A stretch of DNA of 64,000 bases from Octopus sinensis (GCF_006345805.1 NC_043016.1:17918001-17982000), one strand, 5' to 3'; counted from the first letter of the stretch, positions 37,801 through 51,338 are shown. Notes: generated by a model not told the origin, from the letters alone. Numbers and translations: made by a program.

Positions 37801-39153
37801 GAGCAGAGAGTGGGGGGGGGGGGGGTAGATGCAAAACACAAAGACAAACACAAGCACAAAAAAAAAACAAGGGAGATAACCCTAATTGCATCATTTGCAA
37901 TTGGAACAATAAGAGTAAATTATTTAATTTTCTTAAAACTGATTGGTGGAAATGACAGACATGTTTCTCCTTATTAGATTTTACATATGTTGCAACCACC
38001 CTACCATATCTGTGCATTTAGTGTGCATACTTCCCCCATTGAGGGATTTTCTCTCGGCAACATCACTGATGTTCAAAATCAGGATCCCTATGCATTCCCA
38101 CTTTGTGTGTGTGTGTGTGTGAGTGTGTTTGTATATATGTATATTGTGTGTTTGTATATATGTATATTTGTATGTATATATGCATATGTACGTATATATA
38201 CATGTATATGTATGTATGTGTATTTACGTGTGTGTATATATACATATTTGTGTATATATGTATATATATGTATATACAGGTATTTGTATATATTTGTACA
38301 CATTTTTATATATATGTATTTGTATATATGTGTATATACATATATATATATATATGCATGTATGTGTATACATGCATGTATATATGTGTGTGGATGTGTA
38401 TATGTATATGCACATATACATATATGTGTGTGTGTGTGTATATATATAAAACTGACTTGAAAATGGATGCATGGTATTCGATCATATAATAATATAAATA
38501 ATATATATATGTATATATATATATATATATATGTGTATATATATGCATTATATATATATATATGTACATATATGTGTGTGTATATTATATGTGTATGAGT
38601 ATATGTGTGTGTGTGTTGAATGTATGTATGTATATATATATATATATACATGCATATGTGTGTATGTATGTGTTTTTATGTTTTACATAAATATTACGGC
38701 ATATAAAACGTGTGAGGAGAAACTAGTGAGCAGAATGATGGAGGAAGTGGGTGAGAGAGAGAGAGAGTGAGGGTGAGAGAGGCCAGACAGAGAGAGATAT
38801 GCAAGTAAAAGATTTTTTATGGTTTTTTTAAAAATTTATTGCTAGACAGAAATATGTAAACAAAACCTGTTTTGATTTTGGGACACTTTTGGATTTTTTT
38901 TTTTTAACGTTACTCATGTATGTGTCGCAATATCATATTTTGAACTGTATCTGAATCACCATACATTTTGTATTTATATTTATTGTATCATGCACTTTAC
39001 TCCCCATAAACCTGAAAAATGTCTGACAACAACAACAAAAAAAAATTTTATTTTTCAAAAAAAAAAGAAAAAAAAACAATTTGATGTCCCCCCCAAAGAG
39101 AAAATGTTAATTTTTTTTTCTGCTGATGTTGTAACAACGGTTTCTGTTCACAG

Positions 39154-39216
39154 CGGCCCACATACAACGGGAAAAAAATGTGCGCCCCTCCTAAAATTAT
39201 TCAGCTACACTACCAG
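39154..39216 (+). CDS. TRPC: TRPC exon D, 63-nt linker exon (RPTYNGKKMCAPPKIIQLHYQ); phase 0/0
   Basis: Acceptor tttctgttcacAG at 39152-53 and donor CAG|GTGAGT at 39217. It has 21 open codons and ends in YQ, completing the TRPC motif YQ-DVMRRLV.RY with the next exon. It is not in the supplied ORF track. Confidence 0.85.
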
Positions 39217-39659
39217 GTGAGTGAAGCTTGGTCTTCGCATTTTCGCAGTCCATTTGGATTGCAAAAAAAAAAAAAAAAACATCCAGTAGTATCCTGAGCA
39301 CTGAATATATTTTTGTATCAAAATCTAAAGACAAAAATCATCAAAAAAAAAATATACATATGCATACATACAAACAAAACAAAAAAAAACAACATCTACA
39401 AAGCATTTCATTTCATTCATATATGCACATACTTTCATTTTGTTAAGTTACCCATAAAGTTAATGCATCATACGTGTGCATAAATGCATGAATATATATA
39501 TATATGCGTATGTATATGTGAGTCTGTGTATGTGTGTGTGTGTATATGTATATATATATATTTATAATATCCATATCATTTGTGTATATATGTACCTGTG
39601 TGAGTGTGTATATACATATATTAATGTACACCTATATACATATACACAAATGCATACAA

Positions 39660-39694
<35 letters not shown>

Positions 39695-40708
39695 TAGATA
39701 GAGAAAATTTGACATTGGAAAAAAATTGAATAATTCCCAGAATTTTTCCAATCTCTTATTTTCATATATATATCTAAATGTATATATGTATGTGTACATA
39801 TATATATATGTATGTATATGCATTTAATTATATATATATATATATTTATATATATGTGTGTGTTTGTGTGCATATATACACTCATATATATATATGTACG
39901 TATGTATATACATATACGTATGTGTGTAATACATGCAGTATGTCCAAATGGTTAAGTTCACTTCCCAACCTCAACATCCCAAGTTCAATCCCATTGCATG
40001 CCACCTTGCACAAATATCTTTACTATAGCCTCGACTCAACCTGTACTATGTTAGAGAAAGTGAGGAAATGAAAACTAAAACAAAACTTGCCATGTGGCCT
40101 AATGGTTAGGATGTTGCTCTTGCAATTATGTGATTGCAGTTTCAATTCCTGGATTTGGGTGGTGCACTGTTTTTTTGTGAGCAAAACACTTCATTCCATG
40201 TTGCTCCAGTCTACTTACCTGTAAATGGGTAGGGCTGTGGTGGACTCAAGTCTTGTTCAGGTGGGTGGCAGGGAATGTTGTGATTTTGGCTACATGGGAG
40301 ATGCACATATGAGCGGGAATACTCAACTGTGGATACATTAATACAGGAACAAATAATTCAGTTTATCAGACAACTCATTCTTCATCACCTGACAGTAGAC
40401 ATCCAAGCACACACACACACACCTATAGATGGGGTATGTATGTATGTGTATATATGTGTATGTGCTTGCGTATGTTTGAATATTTGTGTGTGTGTGTGTA
40501 TAGATACAAATTATAATTAAGGGTGTCTAAGAGATACCACCATGCTAGAGATAGCAGTCAAAAATTTTAATAATTAATACCTATAATGTTTTTATTCCAT
40601 ACTGGCTACTTGATATGATTGGCATTTTAAATAATGATTGTATCCTTATTTATATAATACATACATATATTAATTATATATATATATATATATACACATA
40701 TATATATA

Positions 40709-40763
<55 letters not shown>

Positions 40764-40925
40764 TTCTTTTAAATTCGTTAATAGTAACATTAGGGTTTCT
40801 GCAAAAAAGCTCCTATTTTTATGCCAACTACCATCTAATGATACTGACCAGTGAGTCAGTTTTTCAGAGTTGCATCATGACTATACCAAAATAATGAGGA
40901 TAAATATTATAATAACAATAATTCC

Positions 40926-41027
40926 AGGATGGAATTTATAAATATTTAATACATCGCATGATGTTAAAATCACATAATTTGTGGAAATGCACACAGCGAT
41001 GTATTAAATATTTATAAATTCCAGCCT
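40926..41027. repeat. Short hairpin with perfect 27-bp inverted arms
   Basis: GGAATTTATAAATATTTAATACATCGC at 40931-57 and its exact reverse complement at 40996-41022. Confidence 0.9.
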
Positions 41028-41690
41028 ATATATATATATATATATATATATAGTTGCATTTAGCATTAAGGAAAAGGTAGGAGATTTTAAGGTGTAGTAT
41101 CCAAACCTTGTTATGGGAATGTCTCTTGTAGTATGCCTACAAGCACATTTAATGCATGTAGCTACCAGGTGTCATCCAGGGTAATGTGCACTTTTGTTGC
41201 TGGATGTACATAAGGAATTCCCCAGTGCATGTTGAGTGTACTCTAAATGATTAATACAGCTTAATTCTGCACTGTTACCTAATGGGTGAGGAGTAGAATC
41301 AAATGCACCCAACAGTGCAGAAGAAACATCCTCAGGCCATGTAAAGCAGTTAAGTGTGTTGTAGGATGTACACTTTGCTGATACATGTGCCAAGATGATG
41401 TTGGTATCATATATATATATATACATATACAGGGTGCAGCAGAAAGTTTGCCTTGAATGCAAAGGTTAATAAAAAACAAACACATAAAGATACAAGAAAA
41501 AACAATGCTCTCCATTCCAGGCAATGGTGGGTACTACCTAAAACAGAAGAAAAAAATGGCATTTAATGAACTTCATAGAAATTTGAAGTTTTTCCATGCA
41601 TCTTTATGTGTTTGTTTTTTATTAACCTCTGAAATCTGAAATCGGGGCAGCCTTTCTGCCATATCCTGTAAACATATATATACACACACT

Positions 41691-41855
41691 TTATTTAAAA
41701 GCAGCAAAAATATCACAAAAACTGTTACTCAGAGTTTCACGTTCCTGTTCGTCGGATAGTTTTGTTTAGAATGATTTTAAACAAAACTCTCCGATGAACG
41801 GGAACATGAAACTCTGAGTAACAGTTTTTGTGATATTTTTGCTGCTTTTTAATAA
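41691..41855. repeat. Near-perfect palindrome with arms of about 78 bp and a 9-nt loop
   Basis: ttatttaaaagcagcaaaaatatcacaaaaactgttactcagagtttc...ttgttta / taaacaaaac...gaaactctgagtaacagtttttgtgatatttttgctgctttttaataa. Confidence 0.92.
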
Positions 41856-42354
41856 AGCATATTACTCTACCTCTGGTATTCAAGAACTATTTTTTCCACC
41901 TTGTTTCGCATTTATGTGCTTACTCTGGTGTATATATATAAAATACAAAATGGGACAAGAACATAAAACATCCAGATGGTTAGGTGATACAAAAAAGGAA
42001 CAACAAAACATCTAGACAGACAATACAAAGAAAACGAGCACGTGTCATTCGAAGTTTTCTTTCCTCAGTGAAGTTCCAGATTATCGTTGCAATTTCGGCT
42101 GGTTATACTTGAGATTGTTCCAATCTGGCCAGTCCCAAGGAAAAACTAAGCTAAGAGCATTAGATTCCTTGGAAGAAAGCAGCGAATATATACAAAAACA
42201 GGGACCGAAAAAAAAAATGAAGAATCACAAAGGAATAAATAATTATGTCATAACATTCATTAGCTTACTGCTGTTTCTGCTATAAGATGCAGTGCACTCT
42301 TAGTGAATGCTTGGTAAAACCCTACAGCTTCATTTATATATATTAGAAGAAATA

Positions 42355-42454
42355 NNNNNNNNNNNNNNNNNNNNNNNNNNNNNNNNNNNNNNNNNNNNNN
42401 NNNNNNNNNNNNNNNNNNNNNNNNNNNNNNNNNNNNNNNNNNNNNNNNNNNNNN
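42355..42454. other. Assembly gap (100 N)
   Basis: A run of exactly 100 N, which suggests a placeholder of unknown true size. Confidence 0.98.
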
Positions 42455-42645
42455 TTATGAATTGTGTGTATATTTTTATTGTCATTATTATCATTAATAA
42501 TTGGCAGGAATTACATATTGACTCAGTGACCAAGAATTTCATGTATTGACGTTTACCAATTTTGATAAGTGTGAATACATGAAAACTCTAAGCCCTTGAG
42601 TCACTCTGCAACTTTTGCTGATAATTAGTAGTAATAATAATAATA

Positions 42646-42725
<80 letters not shown>

Positions 42726-43378
42726 TCTATGTGTTGGTTGAGTTTTATTTTCCTGTTTGCATTGCCAAACATATATGTATATATGTTGGTATGCATTACA
42801 TAATAATATTAATATGCAGAGATATGCATGTGTATAGACTCTACATTTGTAGTAATCATGTTATTCAATTTTATGTTAGATGTTTTATGTAAATAAAATA
42901 CTCTTTCATATATGTACTGAAAACACACACATATACATGCATACACACACGCACATGTGCATATATATATATATATATATATGTATATCTATATAGGTGT
43001 GTGTGTATATGTATATATATGTATATGCATGTATATGCATGTATAAGTGTGTGTATAATATAATAATATATACATATATGTATATGCATATATAATACAT
43101 ATAAATATATATATAGATATATAACATATGCATATATATATACAGATACATTATACTACATATATATATATAATATATATATACATACATATATACCTAT
43201 GTATATATATGTTGTATATACATATATATATATATGCATATCTATATATATGCTACATATACACATACATATATATATACATATACATAAATGTGCATAT
43301 ATAAACATATCCTAATATATATATATATATGTGTGTGTGTGTGTATGTGTATGTATATATTATGCAGTTAAGTATATA

Positions 43379-44193
43379 TCCAGTCATAGAGTGATCAATG
43401 GTTTTGCATTCATAAAGGGCTCCTCAGACGTAGGATTCCATTACAGTCAGTTAGTAAGTAACAAAGAATAAAGAATCCTGGTGAGCAATGATGGGTTATC
43501 TCCCTTAGGCCAGTCCATATGAGTTAAAAAGAGGAATGGGGGAAGTCCATCCTTAGGTTGCTTTTAGTTTGTAAGGACCTATCATATCTATTCGATGAAT
43601 GGGGAATTCCATGCTTGCAGCAGGTAGTGTTTGAAACAGATGCAGTGGCTCTAAATTTCTTGCGATGAATTCAACAATCCTGGTTTCAGAGAGTTTTTGA
43701 GGATTCTTGCTCGCTCCGCTATGCAAAGCTTGCAGCATCTGCTCCCATTAATGTAGGGTCATAAAACGGCCAGGATCCTATATTAACAGGATCAGATACT
43801 CCAAGTTTTGCATAGCTGAGTGAGCAAGGATCCTCAAAGACTCCCTCAAATGATTATTGAATTCATCACAAGAAATTTATAGCCACTGCATCCATTTAAA
43901 CCCTGCCTGCTGCAAGCTTGGGATTCCCCATTCATCAATTAGATATGAAAAGCAACCTATATGCGAAGTTCCCTATTCCTTTTTTAGACCCATAAGAGAC
44001 TGGCCTAAGAGAGGCTAATCTGTCCTTGCCAACCCAGATTGTTCATTCTTTCTTTACTTACTTACTAACTGACTATAATGGATTCCTACTTCTGAGGTTT
44101 GAAGAACTGTATGGCCTTTGACTTTAGAGTCTGATAGGTCCATGGGGCTAAACCCTTTATGAATACCAAACCATTGGTCACTCTATGACTGGA
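43379..44193. mobile_element. Foldback / MITE-like element of about 815 bp made almost entirely of inverted arms
   Basis: Arms at 43379-43760 and 43774-44193 pair along most of their length, for example tccagtcatagagtga/tcactctatgactgga and gatgcagtggct.taaatttcttg/caagaaattta.agccactgcatc. No clear TSD was found. Confidence 0.8.
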
Positions 44194-44270
44194 CACTGAC
44201 TTAACTACATATAAATACATTACTGCTCTATGCTTTAAGGTGCTTCTTTTTCGGATGTATGATGCATTCA

Positions 44271-44310
<40 letters not shown>

Positions 44311-45381
44311 CATACATACATGTGTGTGTGTGTGTGAGTGTTTATAGGTATGTGTGTATGTATATATTGTGATAATGAAATCAAGACTGGTAATGAATTT
44401 TGAATACACTACTACATTTCAGATAATTGCACAATGAGTAAAAAAGAAATTTTGTCCCTTTGGCAAAATCTTCCACAGTTTTATAAAATTTTGTCTTAAC
44501 TGATGAGATGAAATTCCCGTTTTATTTAATGTGCATAATCAGAAATGGAGTATTGAATGCATTCAAAATATCATACTTGGCATGACTTTCTCATTATACA
44601 TATGACTCTGTGCCAATACACGCTAACCACCCTAAACTCCATTCTCACTGATGTTATAACTAGGATTTGGAGAGGTTTGTTCAATTTGACTTGGATCGGA
44701 AATTCTTGTAATATACAATGCTTCTAAATATAACATGAAATTTATGTTTAGTGTAGTTTTAGAAAATAACAGATTTTTATTTCTCTTTCCAGTAATTCTT
44801 AATCTTTCTGTTAAAAGACTTACTCCATTTTCTTCATGTGTTTCGTTTTGTCTTGTTTTAGTTATTCTGATTCTTTCTCATACTAAATCTTGCTTGTATT
44901 TGTCCTTGTGTTTTTGCTGTCAATTTGCAGCACACTTCTTAACAATTCACACCAAGAATTTACTTCTCTATGATAATCATATTTATAATAATCTATCGTG
45001 TTCTGCTGTTTGAAATCACATGGTTTCTCTTGACGATCTGTTTGTCTTTTTGACTTGCAATTACTTGCCATGTTTTCAAAAGTCCTCTGTACACTTCGTT
45101 ACTCCTATATTACTCTCCTACATCAATCAACTCTAATATCCTTTTGCTTCAGCTCTCTTTCTTACTTTCTCCCACTCCCTCTCCACACTCTCTCTCCTTC
45201 TTCCCCCTCCCTCCTTCTCTCTCTCTCTCTCTCTCTCTGTTTTTCTTTCATTTACTCTCTGTTCATGGGTAGCAATTATCTTACTTGGAAGCAGATGATG
45301 GAAAACTCATTTATTACTGAAAATTGTCTCAGTGAATTCTGTTTGATCTGTGCAAGCATGAAAATAGACATTAAACTGATG

Positions 45382-45422
<41 letters not shown>

Positions 45423-47213
45423 TACATATATGAGAGAGAGAGATGTGTTTTTCTTGGTTTTGTTGTTTGTTTTACTGTGGTTACATCAACCTCCTGTAAA
45501 CTCTGGACTTTCTTAGTGCATTCACAGGGTTATCACACAAGTTATGATGACCCTAATGACCCAGTCACATCTAGAGTAGAAGAGGACTGAACTGACAACA
45601 GTAAAAAATGAAATAATTTAACCTCTACTATATTATTGAGTATTCTTTCTATTGACAGTCAACATTAAACAGATACATTTATGTAGATTTTCCTAAATAC
45701 ATATATATTTACATACACCCTTCCTTCTTGTTTGAGTTGACTGGGCTTTCAGATTTATTCGACTAAATGTATGTGTAGTCTTCTCCCCTTTTGTTCTCTC
45801 AATCAAAATTTACCACCAACCTTTTATTGCGTTTTTACCACCCCAAAAACGCTACTATAGATGAATATCTATCTATCTATCTATCAGTGTATCTATCTAT
45901 CTATCTATCTATCTATCAGTCTATCTATCTATCTAACTATCTCTGGTATTGTCATTCACTCACTCACTCTATATTTTATCAAGTTACTTCTCTAATTATT
46001 ACCCTTTTATGTGGAGCCCTGTCTTCCTTCTTTTCTACTATCTTATCTTACTATATCTTTCTCTCACTTCTCCTTGACCATCTGTCTTGTTTGCTGGGTG
46101 ACCACGTGCTAATTCTTTTTCTCCTACTCTTGATATGGATTCTCCACTTATATATTTATCTATCACAATAAATTTTCTTTATATTACTTTCTTTTTTCCT
46201 CATTAGTTAGCAATTATTTTTTCCCACCTATCTCAAAAAAGCTGCTGCTTTCTTCTTCTATGTTACTTACTTTATCATGTTACCTCCCTAAATCTCCCCC
46301 TCTGTACACATATATGTACAATCCTCCTATTCTTCAGTGTCCCATCAATAAATTTTTCTTTATACCCCTCCAGTTTTCATATTATTTTCTTTCATTCTCT
46401 TCCATTCCTTTCTTCTTTCCAATTCCTATAATACGGCGGAAAGAGAAACCAGCAAGTAAAGAATATTGATAGATGGACCATATATGTAGAAATATATATA
46501 TATAAGCAAAATTAATAGAGTTCTCAGAAGTGACAGAGGGTGCTGGCTAGCATATCGCTTATGCTAAAATAATTTAGCCTTTAGGTTCTAATTGCTAATA
46601 AGCCACCCTTTTAATTTGTTTCATATATATATATATATATATATGAGAGTGACTGTTCTTCATGTTCAGAGATCATGAGGAAGATCAGCACCTACTTACA
46701 AATTGACTGCCAGAATCATCCAGTATTGTCATTTTCATCACTCCTTTATCACAGCAGGGCTTTTCTTCTTGCCTGCACTTAATAGTTTTGCCAACCAGTT
46801 TACAGTGTGGAGATATATGTGTGTGTGTGTGTGTGGATATATATATACACACACACACACATATATATATTCCTGCTGGCCTTTTGAAATCAGCATTGTG
46901 GCACCACTGCCAGAAACTAACAGTCAAGGCCAAAGGAAGACAATCGTTTACTTTCGTGGTGCTTTGGTGACTGCAAGATGGCAGTGCAGCTGAGGATCAA
47001 TGGACAATGACAAAGGGAGATAATCACCCAAGGTTTTACCCTTAAAAACAAGGCTTTTCCTCTTCTCCATATTTTAAAGAGGTCTTAGGCCAGTAGTGTT
47101 TGAAGATACACCATAAGGTTAAACCCCTTATGAGCAAGAAATCCAGGGTAACCCTATAAACTGGCCTGATAGATTGCTATCCACTACACATTCTTTATTT
47201 TCTCTCCTTGTTT

Positions 47214-47248
47214 CTTTCTGTGGAAGAGCGTAGGCTCGAAACGTAAAG
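47214..47248 (+). ncRNA. Minimal type I hammerhead-like motif (A6U core variant) in a Penelope-like end
   Basis: CTTT-CTGTGGA-A-GAGC gtag GCTC-GAAAC-GTA-AAG. It is the sister of 26516-26551. Confidence 0.5.
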
Positions 47249-48139
47249 TACTTTTTCACTTCCCAAGCGTTATACTAATACATCTGTTTGTTGTCTACAC
47301 CACCTGTCTTTGTCTTTTTTTTTGTGTGTGAATTCTCCCCCTATATACATATATACATATATATATATATCAGCATTGGTTGGATGGTTTGACAGGGAGC
47401 TGTCCAGATTCCAATTGTTGTGGCATCATTTCTATGGCTGGATGCCCTTCCTAACACCTACCAGCATGGATGCATTTATGCAACACCAACAAAGGTACCT
47501 TTTTTGTGCCACCAGCATGGGTATGTTTATGCTGCTGAATTTTTAGAATACCTTTTAGACTACCAGATCACATTTTAACTTTATTCAACTGATATATTAT
47601 TCTATACACATTCACACAAACTCATCTCCCCCTCTTTCTCTTTTTCTCTTTCTTGTTGCTCATATGTGACCATCCACCATCTTTGTTTTCCTCACATGAC
47701 CATCTTTCTTTTCCTACATGGATGTTCAAAAGACTGGACGTTTTATTTCTCTCTCTTCTATCTTTTCTCTTTTCAAAGAAAAATATTTCTCCCAGCATTC
47801 ACAATTTTCCTCTCATTCTGGTCTAATGACCCTCAATGTTTGTTTTCATTTGGTTTCCTTGTCTGTCTCCACTGTCCTGTTTTTGTTCTCAGCTTTGACC
47901 CTCCATAAATCCTAAATTTTATTTTAGAATTTATGGGAGCAACTGTCTTTGAAGACTCATATTGTCGTCAAATGCTCGAAATGAGGAACAGATAAACAGC
48001 AGACAACTGATGAAGGGTCCTTTCTCTGTGTTTACTTATCCTGTTTTCCATTTTTTTTCTCTCGTTTATGTATTTAACTCGTTTGTTTACTTGTTTCTTG
48101 TTGTTTGCACAGTTGGTGATGTCTTGTACCCATATATGC

Positions 48140-48173
<34 letters not shown>

Positions 48174-48292
48174 TGTTTTTAAAAAATTTTCCTCCATTTT
48201 CACCACTTCCGTCTTTTAGTATGTGACCTCGTGAATACCACCGGCGATTTTTTTCCCCTGTCCTCCCGTCTCGGGATCTTTCCTTCTCCTAT

Positions 48293-48327
48293 GTTTCCGA
48301 TAAAGAGCTCTGCTCGAAACGTCAAAC
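48293..48327 (+). ncRNA. Minimal type I hammerhead-like motif (U4C family; this copy has G8A) in a (TA)n-inserted fragment at 48172-48422
   Basis: GTTT-CCGATAA-A-GAGC tct GCTC-GAAAC-GTC-AAAC, with a canonical GUC site. Confidence 0.5.
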
Positions 48328-48419
48328 CCTCCTTCTTCCCTTCTTTCCTGAGCGTCCAATAATACTTTATTTGTTCCACATCCTTGCGTTGTTGTCTTTT
48401 TGTTTTCTTGTTTGGATTA

Positions 48420-48458
<39 letters not shown>

Positions 48459-48936
48459 GTATATATAATATGTGACAATTTATCATGGCTACTGAATAAT
48501 TGTCACATACTATATTTACAGATGAATTCCTGTATTTACATAATGTGTGTATAATAGAAACAGAAAATGGAATATACGGGAGACTTTATTGATCAAAATG
48601 TTCATTTCAACACATCCTGCATCATCAAAGATCTCAGTATATTCATTCATATGTTCATTATTTTCGTGTGTCCTGCACATGTTATTGAAAGGGACAATTT
48701 GATTTATTGTGATACAATGCAAAAATAATAAATATTGAAAAAATAAAAAAAAAAGCATAACAATAAGTTTCTGAAACCTCCGGATACACGAACACGACCA
48801 TGTATGATTTGTCTGCCCTTGAATAGTTGATGAAAGTGAACTTTGCAATAAATGTTTTATATCTGGGTAAAAGGAAAATTGGTAGATATTAAGTTTAGTT
48901 ATGATATATTACATGTTATGTGTGTGTATATTCGTC

Positions 48937-49170
48937 ATGGCGACGAGCTGGCAGAAACGTTAGCACGCCGGGCAAAATGCTTAACGGTATTTCGCTTGTC
49001 GTTACGTTGTGAGTTCAAATTCCGCCGAGGTTGACTTTGCCTTTCATCCTTTCGGGGTCGATAAATTAAGTACCAGTTACGCACTGGGGTCGATGTAATC
49101 GACTTAATACCTATGTCTGTCCTTGTTTGTCCCCTCTATGTTTAGCCCCTTGTGGGTAATAAAGAAATAG
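48937..49170 (+). mobile_element. SINE family B, CpG-rich (apparently young) long-tail subtype
   Basis: ggcgacgagctggcagaaacgttagcacgccggg...ttcatcctttcggggtcgataaattaagtacc...gtgggtaataaagaaatagg. Confidence 0.88.
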
Positions 49171-49489
49171 GTGTGTGTGTGTGTGTGTGGGTGCACATGA
49201 GTGTTAAGTTGGTAAATTATCATCTATTTGAAAAAAAAAATTGGTCTGAAGAACTTTGATGTTCTCAACAATATATGTCTGCAAGATGTGTGTAATTTCA
49301 AGTGATGGTTATGTTGTTGGAAATTGTGAATGGATTTTCATAAGATTCATCTATTCTTATGTCTAAATTATCTCCCTAGTTTCTCCCATGGGTCATACAT
49401 TTAAATTACTTCTATCAATTTGATTCTTCATTTATTTTTCTATTCTAACTCTGTCTTCCTCACTAATTTCATTGACCTTCGATATTTCG

Positions 49490-49546
<57 letters not shown>

Positions 49547-50029
49547 TGTGTGTGTGTGTGTGTGTGTGGTGTGTGTGTGTGTGTGTGTATGTGTGTGTGT
49601 GTGTGCAAACTCATATACACATACATACTTACATACATACATATATATATATACGTGCAAATTCATCACACATACATTCTTACATACATATACATACGTA
49701 CACACACAATATATATATATATATATATATATGCAGACACAGACATCCAAACACACACCTTCATAAATTCCATTTTGTTAGAATTCTTAAATTCCTGCAA
49801 AACCTCCACCACCAAAGAACTACCTTTTTCATCACTGTTATCATCATCCACCTTAACACACAAACATTTTGCATTTGACTGGACACCAACACCATGAGGT
49901 ATCACACCCATTTCTGTTAGTTCCCCTTAATTGTTTTGAAAATTATTGTCACTTCCACCTTTTCACATTCGTCTTCGTAATGCCGTCTTGATCTTCTGCT
50001 GAGTAGAAATTTTTTATCACTGTTTTACT

Positions 50030-50140
50030 TAATCACTATTTACCTTCATTTATCACCATTTTCACCCTTTAATCACCATTTATCACTGTTATCACCGTTT
50101 ATCACTGTTTATCACTGTTATCACCATTTATCACCATTTA
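50030..50140. repeat. Minisatellite with a unit of about 10 bp (tttatcacca / tttatcactg)
   Basis: Direct reading. Confidence 0.8.
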
Positions 50141-51253
50141 ATCTGTTTTATTTTCTTTATCTTGTCCATCTATTTATCACTCATATAACTTAATTCACTT
50201 AACTAATTCAATTCAACTTCTCTGAATTTGTTTTATTTATTACAATCAACTTATATTTGAACTGGAGCTTACAAGAATGTAATTGCATGCATCTGTGTGT
50301 CTGTGTGTGTATGTAACAAGCAAGTGTGTGTGTGTGTGTAAATATGTACATGTGTGTATGAATATGTACATAAGTGTGAACACAACTATATGCAAAAGAG
50401 CATGCAAGTGGAATTATGTATAAGCATATGTCTGAATATCAATATGGATTACATGAATTTATATGCATGTATATACACATGGATATTATATATGCAAGTT
50501 CATTGCAACAACACATAAGTGAGCATGCTGGTTTTTTATTTGTATTCCTCTGTGTACCTACCTGCCTGAATATCCCATTGATTTAAGTATATGAAAGGTA
50601 AATCTGAACGAATAGATTCATATGCATGTATATTTATAAGTCTATAAGCATGTATATGTATTGTATATATTGTGCAAGCATGCATGTATTTGCATGCATT
50701 TGTAAAGGAATGTGAACATGTGCACATGTACATACATTAGTGTGAAAGTAATACATGTTGCATAATGAGTTGTCCCCTAGAATTTCCAAACAGACCCTAA
50801 TATTCTTTTCAAAATATTGTTTTACCACTGTTCACATTCCCTTTTGTTCTTTCTATTTTCTTCAATATATATATCATCATCATCATCATCATCGTTTAAC
50901 GCCCACTTTCCATGCTAGCATGGGTTGGACGATTTGACTGAGGACTGGCAAACCAAATGGCTGCACCTGGCTCCAATCTTGATCTGGCAGAGTTTCTACA
51001 GCTGGATGCCCTTCCTAACACCAACTTCACTGAGAGTGTAGTGGGTGCTTTTACGTGCCACCAGCACGGGGCCAGTTAGGCGGTACTGGCAACGACCTCG
51101 TTCAAATGTCTTTTTCACATGCCACCAGCACAAGTGCCAGTAAGGCGACGCTGGTAAAGATCACGCTCAAATGGTGCCTTTTATGTGCAACCGGCATGGA
51201 AACCAGTTAATCATTCTGGCAATGTTCACACTCAGATGGTGCTCTTTGCAAGC

Positions 51254-51285
<32 letters not shown>

Positions 51286-51304
51286 ATTATTATTATTATT
51301 ATTA

Positions 51305-51338
<34 letters not shown>

